A stretch of DNA of 64,000 nucleotides from Erysipelotrichia bacterium (GCA_012799935.1 JAAZKG010000098.1:191-64190), one strand, 5' to 3'; positions 9,318-19,584 are shown, counted from the stretch's first letter. Notes: generated by a model not told the origin, from the sequence alone. Numbers and translations: made by a program.

Positions 9318-10432
9318 TATTTTTTATAGTTTAAACCAGATATCTCACTTCTAGTAAGATATTTTTTCATATTTTCATCCATATTCATACTATAAGCAAT
9401 AGCAGCTTTAAATTCGATATCTCGATATTGTTTTATATTAGCGGTGAAATGATTAGCTATTTTTACACCTTGTTGTTGTAATAATTTTAAGTATTCTTGT
9501 CCTTTTTGTGAGAAAGCTAATGGTCTAAGAGTATCATATTCAACAATGTCTTCAATATCTTTTTTGGTGATATGAACTAATAGATGACAAAGTGTTCTTT
9601 GAATACGACTTCTAGTATATCTTCTAGTTACTGATTTATTAATGAATTGTTCGAAGTTGTAACATTTATAAGCGCATTTATATAAATGATTTTCAATCCC
9701 CTCATCCATTAAAAAGATTTCTTGAAGTTGCTTTTTTGGAGTAGTTAGTAAAAGGTTTCTAATATATCCATAATAATCATCCCAATTAGGTGAAGGGTAT
9801 TTATCTAAATTTTTCATTGGGGTATAGTTGGTTACATCTGTATTTTCTTTTATAGCAGTTCTAATTGCTTTGGCGCTTGGAAATTCTTCGCTTAATTCGT
9901 CATTGTGATAATTTGATGTTCTTAAGATAGAAATTGGTGTTATTTTTGGATAATTTTGTAAGGCTCTTAAATAAGAAATTGCCAAAATATCATTTGGACC
10001 ATAACTATCGGCAAAGTAACCATAAGTAGCTGGATAGGAGTAACCTTTTTTCATTGTTTCTTTAAAGTTATCGATATTAAAACTCATAGAAGCAATTTCT
10101 TTTAATTCTTCTAAGTTATTGATTTCTGAACCAAAGACAATATAATTGCATTTAGCTTTAGCTAAGATATCAATAGCATTTTTACCAAATTGGGTAGCAC
10201 TTTGAACTGTAAAGACAAAAGGCAATTCTAGTACTATATCAATTCCAGCTTCAATAGCTACTTTTGCTCGAATCCATTTATCCACAATAGCAAATTCACC
10301 ACGTTGAACAAAGTTACCACTCATAACAGCGATAACAATTTCAGCATTAGTTAGTTGTTTAGCTTTTTGCAGATGATATAAATGTCCATTATGTAACGGA
10401 TTATATTCTACAATTAGTCCACATACCTTCAT
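9317..10432 (-). CDS. tmcAL: tRNA(Met) cytidine acetate ligase (UPF0348 / YlbM nucleotidyltransferase family)
   Basis: N-terminus MKVCGLIVEYNPLHNGHLYHLQKAK (HxGH nucleotidyltransferase motif), about 370 aa. ATG 10432 is preceded by AAGGTG. The track start at 10441 is a GTG inside that SD. Confidence 0.8.
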   Translation of the reverse strand: MKVCGLIVEYNPLHNGHLYHLQKAKQLTNAEIVIAVMSGNFVQRGEFAIVDKWIRAKVAIEAGIDIVLELPFVFTVQSATQFGKNAIDILAKAKCNYIVFGSEINNLEELKEIASMSFNIDNFKETMKKGYSYPATYGYFADSYGPNDILAISYLRALQNYPKITPISILRTSNYHNDELSEEFPSAKAIRTAIKENTDVTNYTPMKNLDKYPSPNWDDYYGYIRNLLLTTPKKQLQEIFLMDEGIENHLYKCAYKCYNFEQFINKSVTRRYTRSRIQRTLCHLLVHITKKDIEDIVEYDTLRPLAFSQKGQEYLKLLQQQGVKIANHFTANIKQYRDIEFKAAIAYSMNMDENMKKYLTRSEISGLNYKK

Positions 10433-10540
10433 AAAACGCACCTTACTTTTTTTACTAATATATATTATAATATATTGTACGGTAAAATATGTTTAAATTA
10501 CAAAAAGCAAGAGTTGAATTCATAAAAGAGGTGTTTATCA

Positions 10541-11482
10541 ATGATTAAGAAAGAAAAGTTGACATTAAAGAGTCAAACAGATGATCTAATCTTATCGGCT
10601 AATGTATATATATGTGAAAATCCTAAGGCTGTGGTTCAAATAATTCATGGCATGGCAGAACATAAGGAAAGATATGAACAATTAGCCAATGTTTTGGCTG
10701 CTTTTGGTTGTATCACTGTTGTTGCCGATAATAGAGGACATGGTGAAAGTGTTAGTGATTCTATACCATTAGGATATTTTGCTGATAAAAATGGATGGTT
10801 AGTTAATTTGCAAGATATTCATATGTTTTCTCTGGAAATAAGAGAAAGATATCCTCATATACCATTCTTTATTTTAGGTCACTCAATGGGAGCTCTGATT
10901 GGTCATTCATATTTAAAGAGATATGAAGACATTCTTGATGGAGCAATTTTTTCAGGAATGCCTGCGTACAATAAAAAATCTGGTCTTGCTAAAATAATGG
11001 CTAGCATGATGAAACCAAAGTCGGTTTCAAAAATATTAACAGATGCTAGTGATTACAATAAGTTTCTTGCCAAGCCTAGTACAAAATATGACTGGTTAAG
11101 TTATAATACCGAAAATGTTGATGCTTATATTGCTGATCCATTATGTGGCTTTCCATTCACTAATAGAGGGTTTTATGACTTATTAGATGGTATGCAGGAT
11201 GTTTACACTAGAAGTGATTGGAGAGTGCTTAAAAAACAACTGCCTATATTATTTATTGTAGGTGAAGATGATGTGTGTGCTGATGTAGGAACTGGCTTTA
11301 AAAATGCTTTAAATCATATGTCAAAAGTTGGTTATACTAAAATTGAAGCTAATATCTATCAAAATATGCGTCATGAGATTTTAAATGAAAAAGAAAAGAA
11401 AATAGTGTATAAAGACATACTTACTTGGTTAAGTATGCAGCTAAATCAGCTGAAAGAAAAAAATCAACTAATTATTGACTAA
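10541..11482 (+). CDS. Alpha/beta hydrolase (lysophospholipase / monoacylglycerol-lipase-like)
   Basis: IHGMAEHKERY...DNRGHGES and a GHSMGA nucleophile elbow. Confidence 0.75.
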   Translation: MIKKEKLTLKSQTDDLILSANVYICENPKAVVQIIHGMAEHKERYEQLANVLAAFGCITVVADNRGHGESVSDSIPLGYFADKNGWLVNLQDIHMFSLEIRERYPHIPFFILGHSMGALIGHSYLKRYEDILDGAIFSGMPAYNKKSGLAKIMASMMKPKSVSKILTDASDYNKFLAKPSTKYDWLSYNTENVDAYIADPLCGFPFTNRGFYDLLDGMQDVYTRSDWRVLKKQLPILFIVGEDDVCADVGTGFKNALNHMSKVGYTKIEANIYQNMRHEILNEKEKKIVYKDILTWLSMQLNQLKEKNQLIID

Positions 11483-11529
11483 GCTGTGATATTGTTATAT
11501 TATTAGAAGGCTGTACGAGGAGGTTTGCT

Positions 11530-12045
11530 ATGAAATATTCAAAAACTGATTTGTTACAGTTGAAGGATTATCATCTGGTAATTGATGAAAACATTACTTT
11601 TGCAAATGAAATATCAAAACAATTTCCAAGAATTAGGAAAATTAATGATATGCATGTAAAGGCTGATGGTATCTATGATCCAGGAAGTCAACAACTATCA
11701 ATTCATTTTGAATTAAAGGGTTCTGTAATAGTAGGTTGTGATATTACATTTGAAGATGTGCTAGTTCCAATTGAAACAGAAGCAGATGAAATTTTCACTT
11801 TTGACAAAAAAGAAGAAGATATAAACATTTTGAAAGTTGATGGTGAAGTTGTAGAGTTATTACCGACTGTATTGCAATTAATTTTAATTGAAATACCAAT
11901 TAAAGTAGTAAAAAGTGGTAAGATAGATTATCCAAAAGGCGATGGTTGGGAAGTGATAAGTGAAGAAACTTATCAAAAACAAAAAGAAAAAAGAATTGAT
12001 CCTAGACTCGTAAAATTAAAAGAATTAATACCGCAGGATGAATAG
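11530..12045 (+). CDS. yceD: YceD/DUF177 family protein (23S rRNA accumulation protein)
   Basis: Acidic 171-aa protein immediately upstream of rpmF, which is the conserved yceD(ylbN)-rpmF arrangement. Confidence 0.7.
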   Translation: MKYSKTDLLQLKDYHLVIDENITFANEISKQFPRIRKINDMHVKADGIYDPGSQQLSIHFELKGSVIVGCDITFEDVLVPIETEADEIFTFDKKEEDINILKVDGEVVELLPTVLQLILIEIPIKVVKSGKIDYPKGDGWEVISEETYQKQKEKRIDPRLVKLKELIPQDE

Positions 12046-12057
12046 GAGGGAAGAACA

Positions 12058-12204
12058 ATGGCAGTTCAACAAAGAAGAGTATCAAAAACAAGAAAAAATA
12101 AACGTAGAACACACTACAAGTTAGTTGCTCCTACATTGGTCAAGTGTCCAAATTGTGGAGAATACAAAAGACCACATTACCAATGTGAATGCGGACAAAA
12201 ATAG
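12058..12204 (+). CDS. rpmF: 50S ribosomal protein L32
   Basis: Not in the ORF track (48 aa). Sequence [48 protein letters not shown] has the typical L32 N-terminus and a Cys4 zinc ribbon. SD AGGAGGGAAG lies upstream. Confidence 0.95.
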   Translation: MAVQQRRVSKTRKNKRRTHYKLVAPTLVKCPNCGEYKRPHYQCECGQK

Positions 12205-12220
12205 TTATTTTTTAAAAAAT

Positions 12221-12248
12221 GGCAGCAGATTATTCTGCTGTTTTTTTT
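12221..12248 (+). terminator. Rho-independent terminator after rpmF
   Basis: GCAGCAGA / TCTGCTG stem followed by a run of 8 T. Confidence 0.8.
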
Positions 12249-12339
12249 AATTTTCAAGATTAATTAAATAATAATAAAGTTAACTTGCATATAAAAGGAA
12301 ACAAAATAGCAAATATTTTGTTTTTTTGTGTTTTTACTA

Positions 12340-12368
12340 TTGCAATAATAAGCATTAAACATTATAAT
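12340..12368 (+). promoter_or_regulatory. Sigma-A type promoter of the mraZ (dcw) operon
   Basis: TTGCAA (12340-12345), a 17-nt spacer, and TATAAT (12363-12368). Confidence 0.55.
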
Positions 12369-12413
12369 GGTGGTGAAACTACCCAATAAATGTGGAAAGG
12401 TGGGGAAAAATCG

Positions 12414-12833
12414 ATGTTTTCAGGTCAATATCAACACAACCTAGATGCGAAAGGGAGAATCGCTGTTCCAGCGAAGTTTCGTAATGAGTTAGGTGATATT
12501 GCTGTAGTAACCAGACATGTTGATGGGTGCTTATCAATTTTTTCTCAACAGACCTGGGATATAGAAGAAAAAAGGCTTTATTCCCTAGATAGAAATAAAA
12601 AAGCCGTTAGATTGTTAATTGACTTTAAATTATCTAAATTATATAAATTAAGTTTTGATGCTCAAGGAAGAATTAATCTTCCAACAGAATTGATTGAAGT
12701 TGCTAACTTGGAAAAGGAATGTGTCTTTACCGGAGCATTAGATGAAATCAAATTATGGAGCAAAGAGGCTTGGGATAATCGTGAACAACAAATTGAAAAT
12801 ATTGATATGGCTGAAATGATAGAGGGCTTGTAA
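12414..12833 (+). CDS. mraZ: Transcriptional regulator MraZ
   Basis: MFSGQYQHNLDAKGRIAVPAKFR and a second DxxGR repeat (FDAQGRINLP). ATG 12414 follows AAAGGTGGGG. First gene of the dcw cluster. Confidence 0.93.
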   Translation: MFSGQYQHNLDAKGRIAVPAKFRNELGDIAVVTRHVDGCLSIFSQQTWDIEEKRLYSLDRNKKAVRLLIDFKLSKLYKLSFDAQGRINLPTELIEVANLEKECVFTGALDEIKLWSKEAWDNREQQIENIDMAEMIEGL

Positions 12834-13762
12834 TGGAACATAAAAGCGTATTACTAAAAGAGTCCATTGAAAACCTAAATATTAAAGAAGATGGTATTTA
12901 TGTTGATGGAACATTAGGAAGAGCTGGCCATAGCAGTGAAATCTTAAAGAAGTTAACTAGCGGTCATTTATATTGTTTCGATATTGATGAGCAAGCAATA
13001 GAAAAATCAGATGCCATATTAAAAAAGATATCTAACAATTACACAATTATTAAAGCTAATTTTACTTCAATCAAAGAGGAATTGTATAAGTTTGAGATTG
13101 ATAAAGTAGATGGAATTTTGCTAGATATAGGAGTTTCATCTCCACAATTTGATGATCCTGAAAGAGGATTCTCATATCGTTATGATACTAGATTGGATAT
13201 GAGAATGGATCAATCTCAAAGTTTAGATGCCTATCAAATCGTAAATGAATATGAATTTAATGATTTGTTTAGAGTTTTAAGAAATTATGGAGAAGAGAAG
13301 TATGCCAAAGAAATTGCTAGAGCAATTGAAAAACAAAGACTGATTTCTCCCATTGAAACAACTGGACAGTTGGTCGATCTAATTAAATCAGTATTGCCAG
13401 CTAAAGTATTAAGAAAAAAAGGTCATCCTGCTAAACAAAGCTTTCAAGCTTTAAGGATAGAAGTAAACAATGAATTAGAAAATCTGAAAATTGCAACAAA
13501 AAAGGCAATAGAGCTTTTAAAACCCAAAGGAAGATGTGTAATTATTACATTTCATTCACTAGAAGATGAAATTGTAAAAAAAATCTTTAAAGAAGCGACA
13601 CTTCCACCAGTGGTTGATAAAAGAATTCCCTTAAAAGCTGATGAAATTCCAGAAAGTGAATTTTTATTAGTAAATAAGAAAGTAATCACAGCTTCTCAAA
13701 AAGAACTTGATGAAAATAGAAGAGCACAAAGTGCCAAATTAAGAGTAATAGAAAGAAGGTAA
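12833..13762 (+). CDS. rsmH: 16S rRNA (cytosine1402-N4)-methyltransferase
   Basis: HKSVLLKESIENL..YVDGTLGRAGHS..LLDIGVSSPQFD..ITFHSLEDEIVK. TAATG overlap with mraZ. Confidence 0.95.
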   Translation: MEHKSVLLKESIENLNIKEDGIYVDGTLGRAGHSSEILKKLTSGHLYCFDIDEQAIEKSDAILKKISNNYTIIKANFTSIKEELYKFEIDKVDGILLDIGVSSPQFDDPERGFSYRYDTRLDMRMDQSQSLDAYQIVNEYEFNDLFRVLRNYGEEKYAKEIARAIEKQRLISPIETTGQLVDLIKSVLPAKVLRKKGHPAKQSFQALRIEVNNELENLKIATKKAIELLKPKGRCVIITFHSLEDEIVKKIFKEATLPPVVDKRIPLKADEIPESEFLLVNKKVITASQKELDENRRAQSAKLRVIERR

Positions 13763-13767
13763 ACAAA

Positions 13768-14058
13768 ATGAAAAAAACAAGAGTTAAAATCAAAATTAAC
13801 AATCTTATAACAATGCTATTTGCTGTTTCAGTGATAGTATATTTAGCTGTTTCTATTTGTTTACACTCATTCAACGTTAATCTTGCTAGCCGCTTTGCGG
13901 ATAATGAAACAAAAATTGAAGCATTAAGAGCAGAAGTTGATGCAATAACTATTCAAGTTAAAGAGTTAACAGACTATAATAGAGTAATGGACACTGTTGA
14001 CAGTGATATGAATTCTAACACTTCAATAGTTGTTTCAATAGACGATGGTGCAAATTAA
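13768..14058 (+). CDS. ftsL: Cell division protein FtsL-like (bitopic, coiled coil)
   Basis: 96 aa with one TM helix then a coiled coil. It sits in the conserved slot between rsmH and the class B PBP. Confidence 0.6.
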   Translation: MKKTRVKIKINNLITMLFAVSVIVYLAVSICLHSFNVNLASRFADNETKIEALRAEVDAITIQVKELTDYNRVMDTVDSDMNSNTSIVVSIDDGAN

Positions 14059-14062
14059 TGCT

Positions 14063-16291
14063 ATGAAAAAAATAAGATTTAAACAAAGAGCAAAGATATC
14101 CTTTCTTTCCATACTTATATTCTTAGCAGGGACATTACTATTAGGGAATGTCCTTTTGCTCGATTTAACAGGGAAAAACTTTATGTCTAACAAAGATTTT
14201 TCTAAGTTGGAAGGGGTAATTATTAAAAACAAAACAATCTATCCAAAAAGAGGTACCATTTACGATGCAGATGGAAATATTTTAGCTGGTGATGTTACTT
14301 TTTATAAGATAGCTTTTGTTTTGAGTGATAATGTTCAATCATATGAATATAATGAAAATGGCGAACTTGTTTTGGTTGATGATTATGTTAAAGATGCTAA
14401 ACTTACTGCTCAGTTAGTAGCGCCTATTTTAAATAATACTCCCGAGTTCTATGAATATTTACTGGAGCGATTATCTTTAAAAGATAAAGGATATTATCAA
14501 GTAGAAGTAGGATATTATGGAAGTAATATTTCTTACAGCAAAAAAGAAAAAATTGAAGCTTTAAATTTGCCAGGAATTAGATTTTTGGGCTCTACATCAA
14601 GATATTATCCTTATGAAAAATTTGCCTCACATTTAATTGGTTATGTTGAAAAACAAAAAAAAGATAATGATTTTCAAATTGTCGGTGTTTCAGGAATTGA
14701 GGGAATCTTTAATAAAGAGTTAACAGGAATTGAGGGTTCAACTTCTTACTATATAAATAACGAAAATGGCTCAGCTGTTGCAGGAGGATTAATAAGTAGT
14801 GAAAAAGCCTTTGATGGATACAATATTACCTTAACCTTAAATAATATTATTCAACAAGCAGTTGAAGAAGCTTTAGGAAAAACGATGAAGGTTAATAATC
14901 ATGTTGATAAAGCTTGGGCTATTGTGATGAATGCTAAAAGTGGTGAAATTTTAGGTTATGGTTCTCATCCGACTTTTAGTGCTAATGAAATGGATATTCT
15001 TGATTATAATGATTATTGTTCAACTTTACCATATGAACCAGGCTCAACAATTAAATCATTTATCTATGCAGCTGCAATTAATGAGGGAGTCTTTAATAAA
15101 GATGCTACTTTTGATTGTCGAACATTCTATGTTAGAACTGATGAAAATGGTAAGATTGCTCGTAGTCCTTATAGAATAATGGAAAATCAAGAAATCCATA
15201 ATTATAGACGTGCTCAGCCAAACAATCCTACTTTTTTTGAAGCCTTTACTTTATCGCATAATGTTGGCTGTGCTGTTTTACTGGAAAAATATATTGATCA
15301 AGAAATATATATGGATTATATGGATAAGTTTTTATTCTATCAGCCAGTAAATACGCTTGGTATTGATGAAGGATCTTTTTTTGGTTCTGCAGATTATGGA
15401 AGTTCTTATAGTATTATTACAACTTCTTTTGGTCAAGGTATGTCAGCTACAGCTTTACAGATAATGCGCGCTTATTCAGCTTTTTGTAATGGAGGAACAA
15501 TGATCAAACCTTACATTGTTAAATCAATTGTTGATCCTGAAACAAATACCGTAATTTATCAAGGTCAAAGAGAAGAAGTTGGCACACCAATTACTGAACA
15601 ATCGGCAAATGAGATGTTATATCTCTTATCAGGAGTTGTTAATAATGGTTCTTATAATAGTTCTCTATATAAAATTCCAGGAGTTAAAGTTGGTGGTAAA
15701 TCAGGAACTGCTGAAGTTGCTTTACCTGAAGGCGGATATGGAGCTTTAACAATTCATTCAGTAGTAATTGCGATGCCAATAGATAATCCAGAAGTATTGA
15801 TTTACTTTGCTTATCAAGATTGGAACCCTTATTCGGCCGAAAACATCGGTTATATAAATGAACTTGAAAGAACAGTTGCTTCAGTACTAGGCTTAAGCGG
15901 AAATAAAGTAATTGATGAAAATATCATCAATAGAGAAGTAATACGAAAAGGATTAGACAATTATGTTAACCATTCTTTAGATTATGTTTTGGGAAAAGCA
16001 AAAGAATATGATTTAGATATTTTAGTTATTGGTGATGGCGATACAGTCATTAGTCAATATCCTAGTGTTGGTTCAACAATTATTACAGGGCAAAGAGTTA
16101 TGGTATTAACAAACTCAGATTTGATATTGATGCCTAATATGAAAGGTTGGAGTAGAAAAGAAGTTATTGGTTTTTGGAATATGACAGGTATTGCAGTATC
16201 CATTGAAGGTTATGGCTATGTTAAAACTCAAAACTTTGCTGAAGGAACACAAATAGATAAAACAATGACAATAGAAGTACAATTACAATAG
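14063..16291 (+). CDS. pbpB: Class B penicillin-binding protein (PBP2B/FtsI type) with two C-terminal PASTA domains
   Basis: N-terminal TM. Transpeptidase motifs STIKS (SxxK), SHN (SxN) and KSGTAE (KTG-like). Two PASTA-like repeats fill the last ~130 aa. The start could also be ATG 14045. Confidence 0.88.
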   Translation: MKKIRFKQRAKISFLSILIFLAGTLLLGNVLLLDLTGKNFMSNKDFSKLEGVIIKNKTIYPKRGTIYDADGNILAGDVTFYKIAFVLSDNVQSYEYNENGELVLVDDYVKDAKLTAQLVAPILNNTPEFYEYLLERLSLKDKGYYQVEVGYYGSNISYSKKEKIEALNLPGIRFLGSTSRYYPYEKFASHLIGYVEKQKKDNDFQIVGVSGIEGIFNKELTGIEGSTSYYINNENGSAVAGGLISSEKAFDGYNITLTLNNIIQQAVEEALGKTMKVNNHVDKAWAIVMNAKSGEILGYGSHPTFSANEMDILDYNDYCSTLPYEPGSTIKSFIYAAAINEGVFNKDATFDCRTFYVRTDENGKIARSPYRIMENQEIHNYRRAQPNNPTFFEAFTLSHNVGCAVLLEKYIDQEIYMDYMDKFLFYQPVNTLGIDEGSFFGSADYGSSYSIITTSFGQGMSATALQIMRAYSAFCNGGTMIKPYIVKSIVDPETNTVIYQGQREEVGTPITEQSANEMLYLLSGVVNNGSYNSSLYKIPGVKVGGKSGTAEVALPEGGYGALTIHSVVIAMPIDNPEVLIYFAYQDWNPYSAENIGYINELERTVASVLGLSGNKVIDENIINREVIRKGLDNYVNHSLDYVLGKAKEYDLDILVIGDGDTVISQYPSVGSTIITGQRVMVLTNSDLILMPNMKGWSRKEVIGFWNMTGIAVSIEGYGYVKTQNFAEGTQIDKTMTIEVQLQ

Positions 16292-16364
16292 AGAAGTAAA
16301 AAGCATCTCTATTGTTTTTAAAGACAGAATAATGATATAATTACTGAGCGTATGGAGGTATCTT

Positions 16365-17330
16365 ATGTTAATTAAGATGACATTAGCATTTGGAATTGGT
16401 CTTGGGCTAGCTTTGTTGGCTTATCCTTTTGCTATTCCATTTTTACATAAAATAAAATTTGGCCAATCAATTAGAGAGTTAGGACCTAAATCTCATTTGG
16501 TCAAAACGGGAACTCCCACAATGGGTGGAGTAGTATTCATCTTAACCAGTTTGTTGGCTACTTTAATAGTCTCACCTTCATCGTTTACAAGTATTGATTT
16601 TATAGTAGTAGCTTTAGCTTTTGTCGGCTATGCTATTATTGGATTTATTGATGACTATTTAATAGTTGTTAAAAAGAAAAATGATGGTCTTAGAGCTAAA
16701 CACAAATTTATAATGCAATCAGTTTTAGCTATTGTGTTTTATATTGCCTATCGAAAATTAACAAACAGTTTAATTATTATCCCTTTTACTCATATTAAAA
16801 TAGATGTGGGATGGCTTTATATTGTTTTAGTATTTTTTATGTTTACTGGGGCAACAAATGGAGTAAACCTTTCAGATGGTTTAGATGGTTTATGTGCCGG
16901 ACTTTCAATTTTTGCTTTGATTCCTTATATCTATTTCTGTTGTCGAATTGAAATGAATTCAGTTGCTATTTTACTTTGTGCAGTTATAGGTTCATTATTC
17001 GGTTATTTAAAGTACAATATGTATCCAGCAAAAATATTTATGGGTGATGCTGGTGCTTTAGGTCTAGGAGGACTGTTAGCTGCAGTAGCAATGGTTACTA
17101 AAGAAGAAGTGGCATTGGTCTTAATTGGAGGGGTTTTTGTTGTTGAGGTTTTAAGTGCTATTATTCAAGTTGTTTCTTTTAAGACAAGAAAAAAGAGAGT
17201 CTTTAAAATGGCACCTCTTCATCATCATTTTGAACTAAGTGGCTGGCCTGAAACCAAAGTTGTTAGAGTGTTTTGGGCTGCTGGAGCCTTATGTTGTATT
17301 TTAGGCCTAATAATTGGTGCTTTGATGTAA
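16365..17330 (+). CDS. mraY: Phospho-N-acetylmuramoyl-pentapeptide transferase
   Basis: GPKSHLVKTGTPTMGG, NGVNLSDGLDGL, MGDAGALGLGG and APLHHHFE motifs. Confidence 0.96.
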   Translation: MLIKMTLAFGIGLGLALLAYPFAIPFLHKIKFGQSIRELGPKSHLVKTGTPTMGGVVFILTSLLATLIVSPSSFTSIDFIVVALAFVGYAIIGFIDDYLIVVKKKNDGLRAKHKFIMQSVLAIVFYIAYRKLTNSLIIIPFTHIKIDVGWLYIVLVFFMFTGATNGVNLSDGLDGLCAGLSIFALIPYIYFCCRIEMNSVAILLCAVIGSLFGYLKYNMYPAKIFMGDAGALGLGGLLAAVAMVTKEEVALVLIGGVFVVEVLSAIIQVVSFKTRKKRVFKMAPLHHHFELSGWPETKVVRVFWAAGALCCILGLIIGALM

Positions 17331-17333
17331 GGG

Positions 17334-17618
17334 GTGATAGTAGTGGAAAAATATGTTAATTGTTTAATAAATTTAAAGCTTGCTTCGATTAAAAGAAATG
17401 AATTAGATAATTTAACTTTTAATCAGTTACAAAAAGTTTTGTATAATACTAAATGGAGACTATATATTCCAGATAGTTTAAGCGTTATTGCTAGTGATAT
17501 AGAAAGTTTAACTGTCGAAGAAATTGTTGATTATTTGACTAGTTCTGATGATTTACTTGAAAAAAGTGTTGAGGAATTTAAAAAAGAATTAGAGGTATTG
17601 GGATATGAGAAAGAATAA
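17334..17618 (+). CDS. Small helical protein, possibly a ComN-like post-transcriptional regulator
   Basis: About 92 aa. It sits just upstream of secDF, as comN(yrzD) does in B. subtilis. LTFNQLQKVLYNTKW...SLTVEEIVDYL resembles my recollection of that family. Starts at GTG 17334 or GTG 17343. Its last 14 nt overlap secDF. Confidence 0.4.
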   Translation: MIVVEKYVNCLINLKLASIKRNELDNLTFNQLQKVLYNTKWRLYIPDSLSVIASDIESLTVEEIVDYLTSSDDLLEKSVEEFKKELEVLGYEKE

Positions 17619-19566
17619 CAAAAAATTATTTTCAGCTTTAATTGGTATACTAATGATTGCTATTTTAACTGTTGTTTTTGGTAGCAAACTAAATGCTATA
17701 ACTAATAAAAACTTTGAATTAGCTGATGGTTTTCAACTAGTTTATCAAGTAGATTCTGAAGAAAAATTAACTATAGATCAAGTCGCTGAAGTTTTAGAGC
17801 AAAGATTATATAACTTTGGGGCGACTGAAGTTAAGGCAACCATTGAAGAATCAACTGTTACACTTAATTATTCAGGTATCGAAGATTGTGAAACAGTTAG
17901 AAAATATCTAACAATGATAGGAGTAGTCTCTTTTAGAAATGCCGCTGATGAAGAACTTATGGATATTTCAGTTTTAGATAAAGATACACCATTTATGGTT
18001 GCTCCATCACAATCAAAAACTGAAGAAAGTAAAGATTTATCATTACTATATATACTGGTTTCTGATAATGAAAAGTTCAAAACAGTAACAACCCAACTAA
18101 TGTTTGAAACAAGCAAATATCTAGTTGTTTGGGTTGACTATGATGAAACTTACAAATTTGAAAAAGAACAGGGAAGTACAAGTCCTAAATTTTTAGCAGC
18201 TGCTGCAGTAAATAGTGTTATTGATTCAGATGCTTATATTACTTCAGCTCATAGTTTTGAAGTGACAAAAAATATTGTTGCCACAGTAAATGCTGGTTCT
18301 TTAAAAGCGCCTATTACAGAAATATCTTTCAATACTGTTGAAGCAAATTTGGGAACAAATGCTGATGTTAAAGTTTTAATAGGTATTGCTGTAAGTGTTA
18401 TGCTAGGTTCATTATACTTTATGTTTAAATACAAACTGGTGGGATTTGTCAGTGCACTAATGATGTTAGGTTATACAATAGGTAGTTTAGTAGCTATTTC
18501 TTACTTAGGGGTAATTTTTAATACAAATATTATTTCCTTATTTATTTTTAGTTTATTTGTAGGCTTGGCTTACCTATTACATGTAAATGATACTTTTGTA
18601 ACAATTTTAAATACAGGCAGACTACCATCAACAGCATTAGAAACAACTTATAAAAATACTATGGTGAATGCTTTGGCTGGATTGGCGACTCAATTAATTG
18701 CTGGATTTATCGGTTTTATAGCATTTAAAGAATATTATTTAGGTTATTCAATTGCGATTATGACTTTTGCAGTATGTTCAGCAATCTTCTTTGTTGGTTG
18801 GCAAAAACTTATGTTATCAGATTTAATCAATTCATACTATTTTGATGCTAAAGCTTTTGGATATAGAGAAAATGCTGCAGTTAAAATCATAGATTTTTCA
18901 GCTTTGATAAACACTAAATTCCATTATGTAGTAATTGCTCTAATTTTAATGGGTGCGTTATTATATGTTACAAATGTTATTAATCATTTAAAAATCTTAT
19001 TAACCGGTTTGTTTATCTTAGTTATATCAGTAATAGTTGGTGGCTCATATTTAAAAAGCCGTAATAAGAGTAATGATTTAGTTATTTTAGCATTAACGAC
19101 TATCACTGCTGTAATAGCAATTATGGCTTGCGGTATGCTATTTGGAAAAACAACTGAAACAACTATTGGGTTAGTATATAGTTTTGCCGCAATTAGTTTA
19201 GCATTATTTGGATTTGTCCTATCACAAATCAAAGATGATTTTGATGAAAATGCTAAAGGAAGGCTTACTGATGTTAAAATCACCAGTGTTTTTGAAGAAG
19301 TGTTCAACAACTTATTCAACGAAACAGTGGTTGTATTGGCTTTAACAGTTATCTTTGCCTTGGTTATATTTGGAAGTGTCTTGTCGCTTGAAAATATTGG
19401 GTATACTATTTTAGTTAGTGTAGCACTAATTTATGCAGTTATTGTTATGAGCAAATTATGGTTAGATTACACGATAAAAGATAGCAACAGGCCAAAATCA
19501 AAGAAAAAGAGAAATACTAAAGAAGTAAAAGAGAGAACGATATTCGGTATAAACAATCCAAATTAG
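17605..19566 (+). CDS. secDF: Divergent fused protein-export membrane protein SecDF
   Basis: N-terminal TM followed by a SecD-type periplasmic head (QVAEVLEQRLYNFGATEVKATIEE..VTLNYSGIED...VSFRNA). Two blocks of about 6 TM helices follow. The position before recJ-apt-relA matches Bacillus. The sequence is much degenerated. Confidence 0.6.
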   Translation: MRKNNKKLFSALIGILMIAILTVVFGSKLNAITNKNFELADGFQLVYQVDSEEKLTIDQVAEVLEQRLYNFGATEVKATIEESTVTLNYSGIEDCETVRKYLTMIGVVSFRNAADEELMDISVLDKDTPFMVAPSQSKTEESKDLSLLYILVSDNEKFKTVTTQLMFETSKYLVVWVDYDETYKFEKEQGSTSPKFLAAAAVNSVIDSDAYITSAHSFEVTKNIVATVNAGSLKAPITEISFNTVEANLGTNADVKVLIGIAVSVMLGSLYFMFKYKLVGFVSALMMLGYTIGSLVAISYLGVIFNTNIISLFIFSLFVGLAYLLHVNDTFVTILNTGRLPSTALETTYKNTMVNALAGLATQLIAGFIGFIAFKEYYLGYSIAIMTFAVCSAIFFVGWQKLMLSDLINSYYFDAKAFGYRENAAVKIIDFSALINTKFHYVVIALILMGALLYVTNVINHLKILLTGLFILVISVIVGGSYLKSRNKSNDLVILALTTITAVIAIMACGMLFGKTTETTIGLVYSFAAISLALFGFVLSQIKDDFDENAKGRLTDVKITSVFEEVFNNLFNETVVVLALTVIFALVIFGSVLSLENIGYTILVSVALIYAVIVMSKLWLDYTIKDSNRPKSKKKRNTKEVKERTIFGINNPN

Positions 19567-19584
19567 TAAATAAAGGGGAAGCAT

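Noticed and set aside
12369-12405. GTGG repeats (12370, 12392, 12400) between the mra promoter and the mraZ start, considered as MraZ operator boxes.
   Set aside because: The spacing is 22 and 8 nt, not the regular ~10-nt periodicity described for MraZ boxes. The third copy is simply the SD (AAAGGTGGGG). There is not enough to call an operator.
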